A DNA stretch of 64,000 bases. It comes from the human T2T-CHM13v2.0 reference genome, Homo sapiens. Positions 1-13,248 of the stretch are shown here, piece by piece; within the stretch, counting starts at the first letter, position 1; the number at the start of each line of letters is the position of its first letter. A program made the position numbers and the translations under genes. The stretch lies in NCBI RefSeq assembly GCF_009914755.1, contig NC_060929.1; one strand, 5' to 3'. The notes below the pieces were generated by a model. That model worked only from the letters and a program-made list of their open reading frames with translations. It did no database searches and was not told the origin of the DNA.

Positions 1-879
1 TTTCTACTCCTATTCAAACACCTACTTATTTGAGCAGCTTCATGATAGATGCAGAAACACAAAAATTCCCACTTGGAAATTTTTAATGACTCAATATTTC
101 AATCAAATAGCAACTGAGGAAAAGAAAGTTTAAAGGAAGAGAAATTAGGTCTGTATAAAAGCAAGATATCAGGAACCTATAAGTGGTTGGAAGCTTCGCG
201 TCTGAGAGTGATGGCAATCTGATCCTAGAGATCTATCAATTTAGCATAAAGTTGTTAAAATCTGTCCTTTAAATTTTCATGGATTATCTAGACCATAGCC
301 AAGTCAAGTATCTGTGTAAGGTATGGAGGACATTAATAAAAGTATAGAAATATACTAAATGTTTTCTATGTGTCTTTCTTTGATATTTAAATAAGTCCTT
401 AATTAACCAAAGACCAGAAAAGGGGGAAATTTTGTTTTAGATTAGATTGTGGTCCTTAAAAATAAAATGTTTGCTTTTGTCATTATATGTACATCTTCTA
501 TAATATTAGGTGGCTCCCTGAAGGTTATCAAATTAGTAATACCATAATTACCAAAATAAAACATGTTTATCTTGAAAAAAATTCACAACTTTGAAAATTC
601 CTTTAATTCCAACATTTCTATTCCATTCTGAAAAGACTGCTCTTGCTTTTGACTTACAGCTAAAGCAGATTTTTACTACATAGTCTAGCACCTTATTATA
701 AATCATTTTGGTCTCTTCATATTTCATATCATTCTTTTCTGTTGCTCCAGCAGACTGTAAACTCCTGGCTTTTTCTTTCCAGTCCTTGCTAAGACGTAAG
801 AGTGCTGAAGGCAGGGGATCAATGCTTGCTGACAGACATTGTCCACAGTAGAAACTGCAGCCATGGTGATCAGGAGGCA

Positions 880-1090
880 AAAAAGTATAAAGCAAAAAAA
901 CCGTGGGCTTGGCGAGAAGAGCCTTGGGGTCCCACCCCATCCCTGTCTCTTACCAGATGGGTATCATTGGCCAATATGTTTCATCTCTCTTACCTTTTAT
1001 ATCTTTATCAATAAAGCAGTGGTAGATGATACCTTTCTTTCAGAGTTATTGTTAAATGGGATCACAAATGTGAACGTTCTGTAAATACTA
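880..1090 (+). mobile_element. Degenerate MIR SINE
   Basis: Weak similarity to the MIR body and 3' tail. Confidence 0.4.
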
Positions 1091-1263
1091 AGAGTTCTGT
1101 GTGACTATAATTTATCATTATCTATGCCACTATTGCTAAGGTAAAATACTAATCACATTTTTCTTCTTTCTCAAACAACTGTTTACCTATACTCAAACTG
1201 CTGAACTAATCTTCTCCAACCTCTTCCCCATCTCTGTTCCTTAGTGTTCATTTAACACTAAAA

Positions 1264-1916
1264 GAGTAGTCTCCCCTTATACTCAGGAGACCCCCAATGG
1301 ATGCCTGAAATCACAGGTAGTACCAAACACTATATATACTTACCTTAAATGCCTTTTTCCTTTTAACTAAGCACTTATCATACACATTGGCTGCAAACTT
1401 TTGCAGTCTGAGATATGACAGCAAAACCAGCACGCATTTCTTTTTCATTCTTCACAATTTCATGTATAAAAGATTCATTCTTATCATAGATCTTAGCAGT
1501 CTCAGCATATGATTTCTTTTCTTTATATATAAGTCTAGAATTTTCATCTTTCACTTAAGGGAAGCAATTTACAGCTTCTCTTTGACATATCTGAATTGCC
1601 AGGATCACCACTCCTGCACTTTGGGGCCACTATGAAGTAAAATAAGGATTACTTGAAGCCAAGTGTTGTAATACTAGAAGAGTCAATCTGATAACCTGGA
1701 TGGCTACCAAGTGACTAAGGGGCAGGCAGCACCTACAGCATGGAGATGCTGAACAAAGGAATGATTCACATCCCAGGTGGGATGGGTGGGAAGCATAAAA
1801 TTTAAAACTCTTCGATTCTTTATTTCTGTAATTTTTCACTTAATATTTTCAGAACACAGTTGACTGCGGGTAACTGAAACCTTGGAAAGCAAAACTGCAG
1901 ATAAGGCGGACTACTG
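1264..1916 (-). mobile_element. MER44-type (TcMar-Tigger) non-autonomous DNA transposon
   Basis: Terminal inverted repeats gtagtctccccttat ... ataaggcggactactg; internal gacccccaatggatgcctgaaa motif. Confidence 0.8.
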
Positions 1917-2399
1917 CATAAATTTTGAAATCCTTTGCAAGGGTTCCCTGTGTTTTATCACAGCTGGTCACCATCTGGCCTATCAAACATAAGCCCTTAA
2001 ACCTTGTTGCAACTTTTAACATAAAAGTTGGGGAGGCTAAAACTGACCCACAACAAGTGTCCCTTGTACAGTACAATCGTTTAGAAACTTTTTACTGCCA
2101 TTCTGTTCAACAATCACAATTATTGCTCTGACTTCTAAACTACACATGCATAATTTAACATACTTATTTTATTCAGTACCAGAAAAGCTCCAGAATACCA
2201 AAAAAAGTTTTCCTTTTAGGAACTTTGCAACCAATGTTTATTCCAAGTCGTAATCTCAATGTCTGCATTAAAACAAAACAAGCAAAAAATAAAAACAAAA
2301 ACAAAAAACTGCCTTGACTTCTAAATATTTTTTATAAAAATTATTAAATGGCACCAAGAAAAACTAAACATAAATATTTCACACCCACCATACTGCCAC

Positions 2400-3240
2400 A
2401 AATGTAAAAGACTAGCACTAGTAAAAGTTGATGAGAACACTTCTAACGCTCCTTGGAAACAATTTGGCATTACCTAGCAGAAGTTGTAGATGTGTATGCC
2501 TTGTGATCTAGTTATTCAATTTCTAGGTATAATTCCCTTGGGGAAAAAAAAACTCTTATAAATGTGTTTCAGGAGACATTTTCACAGCAGCGTTGTTCAA
2601 AACAGCAAAACTCTGGAAACAATCCAAGTGTCCACTAACAGGGGAACAGAGAAATGTATGTACTGTATTCATTAAAAGGCTTAACAAAGATCTCTATAAA
2701 AAAGCTTCAGCTTACATGGATGAATCTTACAAACAATGTTGAGTTAAAAAAACAAGTTATAAAGACTACATTTATCGGGGGGTGGGGGGCTAGGGGAGGG
2801 ATAGCATTAGGAGAAATACCCAGTGTAAATGACGAGTTGATGGGTGCAGCAAACCAACATGGCGCATGTATACCTACGTAACAAACCTGCACGTTGTGCA
2901 CATGTACCCTAGAACTTAAAGTATAATATAAAAAAAAAAGACTACATTTAATGTGATTCCACAACATAAAGTTAAAACATATGAAACTAAATAATGTATT
3001 ATTTAGGGATATGTAGATAGGTAGTAAAATCATAAAACAAAGCAAAATAATGCAAAAAATACAAAATTTACTAGTATAGTCCTGCAGATGGGAAGGGAGG
3101 GGGATGTGACTGGGAAAGGGCATCCAGCGAGCACCAAAGGGAATAGCAATGAGCTGTTCCTTAAGTTGGGTGGTAGGTACAAAGAGGTGTTTATTATTTC
3201 TTACACACATATATTTTCCTATGTGTATGAAATAAAAAAA
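2400..3240 (+). mobile_element. Old L1M 3' fragment interrupted by a younger L1PA 3' end
   Basis: L1 3' motifs (ttggaaacaatttggca, ctggaaacaatccaagtgtcca, acatggatgaatctta). Confidence 0.7.
2775..2936 (+). mobile_element. 5'-truncated L1PA 3' end
   Basis: GGGAGGGATAGCATTAGGAGAAATACC...ACTTAAAGTATAAT-polyA; TSD aaagactacattta at 2761-2774 and 2937-2950. Confidence 0.92.
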
Positions 3241-3526
3241 ATTTAAAAAATATGATGCCTATGGTATGACACAAAAAATGTGTTAAGATAAGCTCCTAAC
3301 TTCAGTTACTCTTTCTGTCCTTCAACAACTGTCTTATTTTGCCATTTTATTGATATATAAAGTATTATGCTACTACCTTCATTGTTTTTTCAGGATGATC
3401 ATTATCCAATATTTATATTCCCCAGATTTTAAATTGTTAAAAATTTGCCTCAGCTCCAGATTGGCTTGGGGAATGTTTTACAGTGGAGCAAATGAAAACA
3501 AGGGCTTAAAAACATAGTGAGTAAAG

Positions 3527-3868
<342 letters not shown>

Positions 3869-5960
3869 CTAGAGAGTTTTTAGTAACTCTGATTCTTGGG
3901 TTCTGCCACTATACTTTTAAATGGGGGCGAGGGCAGGGAGGAGAGACAGTATACAGAAATCTATTTTATGAGCCCAAATGACAAGGGCTTCAAAGCACAG
4001 TGAGTCAAAAAAAACAGTGAGTCAAAAAGACACTAGATTCAACACTTCACCTTGCCAGGCTCCAGGCTGACATACGCTCAGCAGCTGTACTTGAACACAG
4101 CTTCCACAAAATCCTTCGGAGGTCCTCATTCTTTAAATGCCCAGGATACGTTTTTAAGAGAAGTAATTTGTATGCACACATACATGCACTCACATGTATT
4201 TTACTTGGGCCTTCATACTCTACTGATTTTCTAGAGACTCCATCTTATAACTTGGGATGATTACCATGAAGTGATGAAAACCACAAATCTCATCAGTAAA
4301 GGGATGCTGGCATGCAGGCAGACACTAGATTCAACACATCACCTTGCCAGACTCTAGGCAGACATCAGGTCAGCAGCTATATTTGAACACAGCTTCTCCA
4401 AAATCCTTCCTGGGACCTCACTCTTTCGGCTGAGAAAGTCCAGTCATGCCACCTATTTTTAAATGGAAGTTTTCGGGAATTTTATGCAGAACAAATTACT
4501 GAAAGCTACTCATAGAGATGACATAAAACTTCTAAAAGAAAAATGTAAAAAAACCATGATTTAATGCTTCTGAAAATACTTAAGACAATTTCAAAACCTT
4601 TCCTAAGATTTAAACCTAAAAAAAAATCTGAAATAGCCAAGGGGAAAATATATGTACACTCGTACAAAGATACACACACAAAGATACATACACAGATACA
4701 CACTGCAACACTATAGTAGCTACAAAAGAGTCAAAATTCTTTTAATAGGGGCCTAGTTAAATATATTATGGTATACCCATATGGCTATTAGAAAGAATGA
4801 GGTAGATTTGTTTGGACACGGAAAGATGTCTGTGATACATTTTTAAGAGACATAATTCGTATGTACGCATATCACACACATTCATGCTGCTCACATCTAT
4901 TTTACAAATTAGATTGTTACTAAAAATTTTTAATACAAATTATGCACTTTTATTTACAAGTAAGTTGTCCACTTCCAGAAAGTATAAAAAATATGAAAAG
5001 TAACCAAAAGATTAGTAACCATGCTAACAGCAGAGAGCCACTTGACAATTTCTGTAAGAAATCTACTTCCCTGAAGACTGTTTACACTACTGGAAAAATT
5101 GATCAAAGAGGAACATAAGGGTTAATGTATAAAGTAACTTTTTTAAAAACTAGGGGAAAATCTTTATTTCAAAATAATCATGTTACATTCTGAACAGTAT
5201 CTGGATGAGTATTTGGGAGAATACAAAACACAGGACAGGGTCTGGCATTTCAAAAATTTTCATGAACCACTTCTATTTAAACTAATATGCTAACAGGCAT
5301 AATGCTCTACATTATATTTTCATGAATTCTCAATGTTATTTAGCTTTCAAGGGAGGCTCCCTGAAATTAGATCTATGCCAATGAGAATTTTTCTAAAGCA
5401 AAATAAGGAAAATTTTTACCCATCAGAAAGCTGAAAGATGTGGAGAAAAAAAAAAAGTTGGCATACACCTTGCATAATCACAATAAGCCAAAAAAGTTTG
5501 TATTTCACACAAGGGTAGTGGGAGAAATACATTGATGAGATGATACAATGGAAGGAGACTGGACCATAGCTTTTTGCTGTCTCACAAATGCAGTTGGAAC
5601 CAAAGATTGTTACAGCGGGAAAGAACTGTGGATAAATTCTCATGTGAGGACACAGACACCTAAGCAGGGCTAGGACATTCAGAGCACCTCTTTACTTCTT
5701 GCACATGATTCTTTCCATGACACCTAGTGCCCTTCTCCATCTAGAGCTACCTCTATATGTCCACGTTCCTTCTCTCTAAGCTCATGATAGACCTCAGGAG
5801 AAAGTCAGGTAGGCCTGCTGCTTTTGGCTTTATTATAATGTAACTAGTACATGGACTATTTGGCTATTGTGGGATTCTCCTCATGTTATCAGGGTTCCAG
5901 CTTGCATAATCACCTCCTTGGCAACAGAATTTATTGGCATATTTGTTGTCCTTCTTAGTG

Positions 5961-6132
5961 CAGTGGTTCTAAATGTAGGTGATCATCCAAAATTTTTAGG
6001 GACTTTCAAAAACTCAGACTCTTGGGTTCTGACCCTGTAACTCTTAAATGGGGGTAAGAGCAGGGAGGGAAGATGATGTACAGAAATCCGTATTTTTCTT
6101 ACTGCATTCCAGGTGTAGCTGTGTACCACTAG
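5961..6132. mobile_element. MER5-like hAT-Charlie MITE
   Basis: Ends cagtggttct ... accacta; ~170 bp. Confidence 0.45.
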
Positions 6133-7283
6133 TTTTTAATACTACTTTTGACTGATTCACCATCTGTGACTTAAGGGTATCAGGGTTTGGATAAGGTGCG
6201 GTGGAGGACTGGAGATTTAGAATGAATGATGGAGGAGGGAGGAAAAACAAGGCAGCTACTGCTCTATGGGAGAGACAGATAGGACTGGTTTCCTGTGTAT
6301 GTGAAGTAGGTGCTGTGATCTCGGTTACACTGGGAAGGCTCTTTTGTCTCAAAGTATCTCTCATCAGCTTTTTATTAATGCCTGAAATTCCATCCTTATG
6401 ATTTCATTCCTTCAAGTTATGTCATTTGTTAAATAGAAATACCCCTTACTCCTCAGTATTCCACTGTAACCTTTCCCTAATGAAGCATAAATTCATTCAC
6501 TTCTTTTTAACAATCCACTAAAACAAAGCAGGTTTAGGAGGGCACTGTATTCCTTGATTTGGCAGACAGGAAGGGGATGCCATTCCCCTCCCCCCACACA
6601 AAAAAAGGCCATGACTCAATATGATGGCTTTTGCAACTTGCCTCAGGCTAGCCTTAGGGCATTACCTATGGAGCTGCTGCATGCCAGGATGATACTTGAC
6701 CCAGAGGAGATGTGAATTTGCATAAGGAAGAATCATCTGATGATGCTCTGGGCTATACCTTCGCCCACACTAGCTCTACCATTCTCTGACCTCCTGGTAT
6801 ATTCTTCAGCACCTGCTACAGTTAATTGTTTCTTAATTATTTCATGTGTCTGCATCATGTCTCTCTAGCCAGATACAGGCTCCTTTGAGGTCAGAAAAAA
6901 CACATGATTTATCTTTCCTCCCTATGAGCACGCAGTGCAGCGCTGAAAAGGTACAAGGTCCTTAGTAAGACCTTCACTGATACACCCTATCAGCAGGCAA
7001 TATAGGGAGAAACATTTTTATGGCTATCTCTTTATGATCCTCTCATTTCTGAACACTGAACTCGACCTGCCTCTTAAGTTTCTCTTCTCTCCAAGTAACT
7101 GTCTTTCCCAAATTAAGAGTCTTTCTTTACTAGTCCATTTTTGTAGGTTTTGCAAAAATGTATTGATATGAAATTAGCATTAATCATTTGGGAAAATATC
7201 CTTGGATCCCAAATATGTCTGAGGGAGCTGAAGTTTCCGTTGATTTATGGTTGAAAGTAGTCTTTGTAAAGGATGAAATTGGG

Positions 7284-7585
7284 GGCCAGGTGCAGTGGCT
7301 CACACTTGTAATCCCAGCATTTTGGAAGGCTGAGACCAGAGCATCAACTGAGGCCAGGAATGTGAGACCAGCCTGGGCAACAGAGCACTACCCTGTCTCT
7401 ACAAAAGATTTAAAAAATTAGCCAAGGATGGTGGTGCACACCTATAGTCCAAGCTACTTGGGAGGCTGAGGTGGGAGGATTGCTTGAGCCCAGGAGTTCA
7501 AGGCTGCAGTGATCCAAGTTTGCCCCATTGCACTCCAGCCTGGGTAACAGAGTGAGACCCTGTCTCTTAAAAAAATAAATAATAC
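7284..7585 (+). mobile_element. AluJ
   Basis: Diverged dimer with J-type ggaggattgcttgagcccaggagttcaaggctgcagtga. Confidence 0.92.
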
Positions 7586-8837
7586 AAAATGAATTGGGAA
7601 ATGTCAATCAAAACAGCGAAGACTGCAATCCATAAAGGCTGGCAGTTCAACTTAAAAACAAAAAAAACTAAGGGCTTCTATGCCAAATGCCTTTACTCTC
7701 TACACTAAATTTCACCCTTAATAAAAAATTACACCCAAATGTTACCTTCTTTTCTTCTAAGAAAAGAAGCTTACATGAAAGGTAGCTATGGTGCGGAAAA
7801 ATTCAGACTTGCTTGTGTTCACAAATAGATAATGCCAGAGGTGGTGGTCTCAGTTTCCAGTTCTTTGAGAACACTTACCTGGTACCTCTCCTAAAAGAGG
7901 CATTAACTCTAGTCAACATCTCTGACTGTCTGAATTCTGAGATATCTGGCCCTTTGTATAAATTAAATTAATCTAGTTTTACTGTGTGTGTGTTTCATCT
8001 TTTCTATTACTACTAGTTGGATGAATTTAGGTGTTTAGTCCTCATCCAATATGACAACTATGTTTAACACAAGAAATTTATGTGATTTTATTTCTATATG
8101 GCCCTTTTAATTTTTTAAAAGCAGTCATCTTTCAATTGTTAATGTGGAATGATACTGTTCTTTTTCCTATCTTATGTAAAACCTGATTTATAGGAGTGAT
8201 AATTGCCACATATAGTATTAAGGCACCCAGTGTGTATAGGATGGACTACAATTCTTTAAAAAAAAAATCTAGACTGGGACTGTGTCTAATGTTACACCTC
8301 TCAACCCATGAATCACAGGGAATCCTACCCCAAGGAGACTTTTGGATTTGTATCTCTTAACTCTGAGCCTCAACCATTCTTTTCTTACAGGAAAATACCC
8401 CCAGTGAGTGGTCACTTTATTGGGGCCACAATTAGTCAAATATTTCTCTTCCTTTCCCTAACACACTTTCTCTTCCTTTTTAATTCAAGGAAGACACTGA
8501 GTCTTACACCTTGAATGGAGTGTGGGAGCCAGGTTTGCAATAATAAAAGCAGTTACATAAGTGCTTTGCATTTACCTAGCCCTTTCTTTAAAATACATAA
8601 AGAATCTGAGGTTCAGGTGAATCAATCATTACTGAATGCCTATCAGGAAGATTAACTTCTGCAGGATTGCAGAAATAAGTGATGGAGCTGGAATCTGAAC
8701 CTTTGTTAGTCTCTAAATTCCAAGATTTTATCCTTCTGTCACAATGATTCTGCCTTTCCACCAGAGGCAAGGTTCATGAACAATTCGGATATCACAGAAG
8801 GATCAGAATTTTAAATACACCTGATTCCTACAACTAC

Positions 8838-9411
8838 TGTGACAAATCGCAAAAAAATAAAAATAAAAAAACACCTCTCCCTACAGTCACACTCCTTTGC
8901 AGTGTAATTGCAGCTCCTCCACCCACTTGAATCTAGACTAGCCCCGTGATTTGCTTTGACCAATAGAATGTGGTAGAAATATAGTTGTTCCAAGCCTAGG
9001 TCTTAAAGAGTTTTGCATGGTTCTGCTGGTTCTTTTGTAACTCTAATGCTACTGTGTGAAAAAGTTAAGGGCAGCCTACTTTCACCATTCATTGCTACAG
9101 CCAACCAGCCAACTGACAGCAGATACGCTGAATGTGCCCAGCTGAGATAAGTTCAGCTTGGCCAGATCAGCAGAACTGCCCACCTCATTTGTAGACTCAT
9201 GAAGAATAATAAATGGTTGTTATTTTAAAGCCACTAAATTTTAAAAGCAGTCAGCTCTAAACTGTTAATATGGAAGGATACTATTCTTCTTGGAAAGATA
9301 CTGTTCTTTTTCCTATCTTATGTAATATCTCATTTACAGGAGTGATAATTGCCAAATCTAAGTGGGAAGGCACCCAGTATGTTTGTTATAGAGCAAATAC
9401 TAACAGATACA
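8838..9411 (+). mobile_element. MLT1 (MLT1F-like) MaLR solo LTR carrying a ~140-bp insertion near its 3' end
   Basis: ttgaatct...gatttgctttgaccaatagaatg; aataaatggttgt...agccactaa / gtttgttat.agcaa...taacagataca. Confidence 0.8.
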
Positions 9412-10133
9412 ACAAACATAGCTACTTTGAGCAAGCAGAGAAAACAAAAGATTGCTTATAAAGCTTATAAAAGAGGGCCCCGATATGCAAAAGCTTGATA
9501 TTAAGACAAATATTTAACAAATCCTTAATTATTTGACTTAAATTTGCAAAGTAAGACTGAAAAATAAGACCTGATCCATTCAAGAATTTGCTAGGTGCTT
9601 TGGTGTAATAAATCTACTTATAAACATCAGTAATTGTGTATTTGAAAATCTACATTAAGAAAGTAAAGTCCTTTACACTGTGGGATTTAATTCACACTGA
9701 ATCATACAAAAACCATTTTTTTTTAAAGTCTTTATTTGAAGAGGCAGAACCTTAGTATTATGACGTTCAAAGTGTTAGTATTCTCTTTAAGAAGAAGCCA
9801 AAGTAACTGGAGAAAAAAAGCAATGAAGTTATTTCTAAAACCCCAAGAATTTCTCAAGACATGAAAGGCTTGCTCTTCTTCAGACAGTTTTATTCTAATT
9901 TACCTTAACCCCAAGTTCCTCAGAGGTTCAAGTAGTTGATGAGTGACTGAGAGAGGAACTTGTGTGGATTATAGGGCAGGGGGGTGGGAGAAGAGAGCCA
10001 AATAGGAAGCATATGCATCACATATGCATTTTTCAGCTCCTCTTCAAGCTTATGGCCGAAATATAAATCTGATAATGGTACCACAAGTTAAAGTATCCAC
10101 TTCCTAACTATAATCAATTAGTTTGAAAGTTAT

Positions 10134-11660
10134 GCCATCTGCAACAAACTGACAGCTAGTATCATACTGAATGGGGAAAAACTGAAAGCCTTTCTTCTAA
10201 GATCTACAACAAGACAAGAGTGCCCACTGTTATTCAACTGGAAGTACTGGAAGACCTACCTAGAGTAATCAGACAAGAGAAAGATATAAAGGGAATCCAA
10301 AATGGAATGGAAGAAGTCAAATTATTCTTGTTTGCAGACTGTATGATCTTATTGGAAAAGCCTAAAGACTCCACCAAAAAAATATTAGAACAGATAAATT
10401 CAGTACAGTTACAGGATACAAAATCAACATACAAAAATCTGTGGCATTTCTAGATGCCAACAGAGGACAATCTAAAAAAGAAATCAGAAAGTAATCTCAT
10501 TTACAATAGCTACAGATAAAATAAAACACCTAGGAATAAACTCAACGAAAGAAGTGAAAGAGCTCTACAATGAAAACAATAAAACACTGAGGAAAAATAT
10601 TGAAGAGGACACACAAAAAAAGAAAGATAGTCCATGCTCATGGATTGGAAGAATCAATATTGTTAAAATGTCCATACTACCCAAAGCAATCTACAGATTC
10701 AATGCAATCTTTATTAATAAATATCAATGACATTCTTCACAGAAATAGAAAAAAAAAATCATAGGATTTATATGGAACCACAAAAGCCCCGGAATAGCCA
10801 AAGCCATCCTGAACAAAAAAAATAAAACTGGAGGAATTACATTATCTGACTTCAAATTATGCTACAAAACTATAATAACCCAAACAACATAGTTCTAGCA
10901 TAAAAACAGATACACAGACCTAGAGAACCCAGAAACAAATTCATACACCTACAGTGAACTCATTTTCAGCAAAGGTGCCAAGAACATACACTAGGGAAAG
11001 GACAGTCTCTTCAATAAATGGTGCTGGGAAAACTGGATATCCATAGGCAGAATGAAACTAGACCCCTATCTCTCACCACATATAAAAATCAAATAAAAAT
11101 GGACTAAAGCCCTAAATCTAAGACCTGAAACTAGGATACTAAAAGAAAACATTTGGGAAGCTCTCCAGGACACTGGTATGGGCAAAGATTTCTTTAGTAA
11201 TACCTCAAATGCACAGGCAACCAATGCAAAAATGGACAAATGGGATCACATCAAGCTAAAAAACTTCTGCACAGCAAAGGAAACAACAAAGAAGCAACCC
11301 ACAAAATGGAAGAAAATATTTGCAAGCTACCCATCTGAGAAGGGATTAATAACTAGAATATATAAAGAGTTCAGACAACAGGAAAAAATCAAACAATCCA
11401 ACTTAAAAAATGGACAAAAGATCTGAATAGACATTTCTCAAAAGACATACAAATGGCCAACAGGTGTATGAAGAAATGTTCAACATCCTTAATCATCAGA
11501 GAAATGCAAATCAAAACTACAATGAGATATCTCACCCCAGTCAATTATATATCACCCCCACAATTGCATGCTTGCATTAAAACATGACCTGTACCCCATA
11601 AATATATATGCCTACTATATACCCATAAAAATTAAAAATAAATTTTAAAAATAAAACTGA
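10134..11660 (+). mobile_element. L1MA-type LINE fragment (ORF2 remnant fused to the 3' end by an internal deletion)
   Basis: ORF2-like translations ([24 protein letters not shown]; [19 protein letters not shown]); L1MA 3' tail. Confidence 0.92.
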
Positions 11661-11819
11661 AATAAAGTTAAGATCATAATGAAGCCAGTTTGAGATCAAT
11701 TAATGAAAAAGGCTTATCTTATGAACAGCGTGTAGTATGGCACAACAGACAGAGTTCTCAAGTAAAAACCTTTGGCATTAAGGAGTTGTCTAATCTTAAA
11801 ACACATCACTAAAAATAAC

Positions 11820-11990
11820 TTCAGGAGTGCTTTTTAAGTGCCAGACACTGTGCTATGCAGTTTACATGCATCACTTTGTTGTGCCCATTTTAAAAGTGAG
11901 GAAACAGAGTTTACAGGGTTATGAATTTGGTCAAGTTCACACAGTTGTTAGTCAGATTCATACCCAGGGAATCTGAAGAGTCCTAATTCT
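11820..11990 (-). mobile_element. MIR
   Basis: cccattttaaaagtgaggaaacagag...caagttcacacag core. Confidence 0.7.
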
Positions 11991-13248
11991 TACTCACAAT
12001 ACTGGACCTAGTTTCCTCATATGAAGTGAGATCTGGATATCAAAACTAGCTCCATTTGGAATTCTATGATTCTTTGACAATGACGGGAGCATACTTCTTC
12101 GTGGTTTGTGTACTGGGTACAGGGATGAAGACTGGCACCTTTCACTAAAAACAAATGTCCCTGGGGTGTATGCTGACATGAATCCCTATATCTAATCCTT
12201 TCCTCGTATATGCAAATACAGAAATGGTGAGGCTAGTTTGGGAAACAAGTCTACTGCCCACAGTCATCCTGGTCAGTTCACTACCTCTCAGGTAAGGTCT
12301 GCCTGTCTTTGGGCTTTCTCTTCAATTCCTGGCAGAGCAGGCACTAAGTAAATGCTGAATGAACGGAAAAATATTCCACAGTTTCTGCTGGAAAGAGCCT
12401 GAAATTGGATGGCATTTTAGAATGTGTCCTACAAATGTCTTGAATGTAACACCCATAAACCATAAGCTTCAGAAAGGCAGAAACAACTAAAGCTTTGTCC
12501 ACTGTTGTATCCTCTGCAGTTTGAACTGTGCCTCACATATAGTAACTGCTCAATAAAAGTGCTGTTCTTATTATTGTTACTAGATTCTTACAGTTCCAGT
12601 TTTCCCTAAGAGAAAGTAAAATATATGTATTAAAGGCAAGGCCATGCTATTTGCTTCCTCTGTGGTTCTTTGTTCAAACAGCCCTACCTAAATTGAGTAC
12701 CTTAAGTGCTAGGTGTTATAGTGAAAACGTTCCTTGTCCTTAAGGAGACTGGATTTACTTGGAGATAAATTAGAAATATATAAACAGTATTAATTCAACA
12801 AACATTTACTGGGTACCTACTATGTGCTAATGACTAATTTAGGTAGAAAGAACTGTGTGGTCTGTGGCTGCCAGAGGATACCATCAGATGAGGTGGGGGG
12901 CTATGGCCTGGACTACATAAAGGAAAGCATACAAAATAAGTGGCACTAAATTGGTCTTGAACATTACACATATTGTTAAAAGCAGAGAGAAGGAGCCTGA
13001 ATTCTAGACTGCAACAGTCCTCAGCTATGTTATATGGCACACTGGTATGTTGTTATCAATTTAGGACTCATGGCAAGGAATTTGTTAGTAATAATGATTT
13101 ATGTATTTTTATTATAAAGAAAAGTATAAACACTGCCAGGGGGAACTGTGACTTGCCATAATCCTCGAAAAAAGTAATTTGGAAATATCTGTTAAAATTT
13201 TAAATACACATACCCCTGACTCAGGAACCCAACTTTGGGGAAATCTAT

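Noticed and set aside
548-940. 130-aa minus-strand ORF
   Set aside because: No recognisable homology, partly overlaps a MIR, intronic
10220-11426. Reverse-transcriptase-like ORFs
   Set aside because: Frameshifted, truncated L1 ORF2 remnants, not an active element
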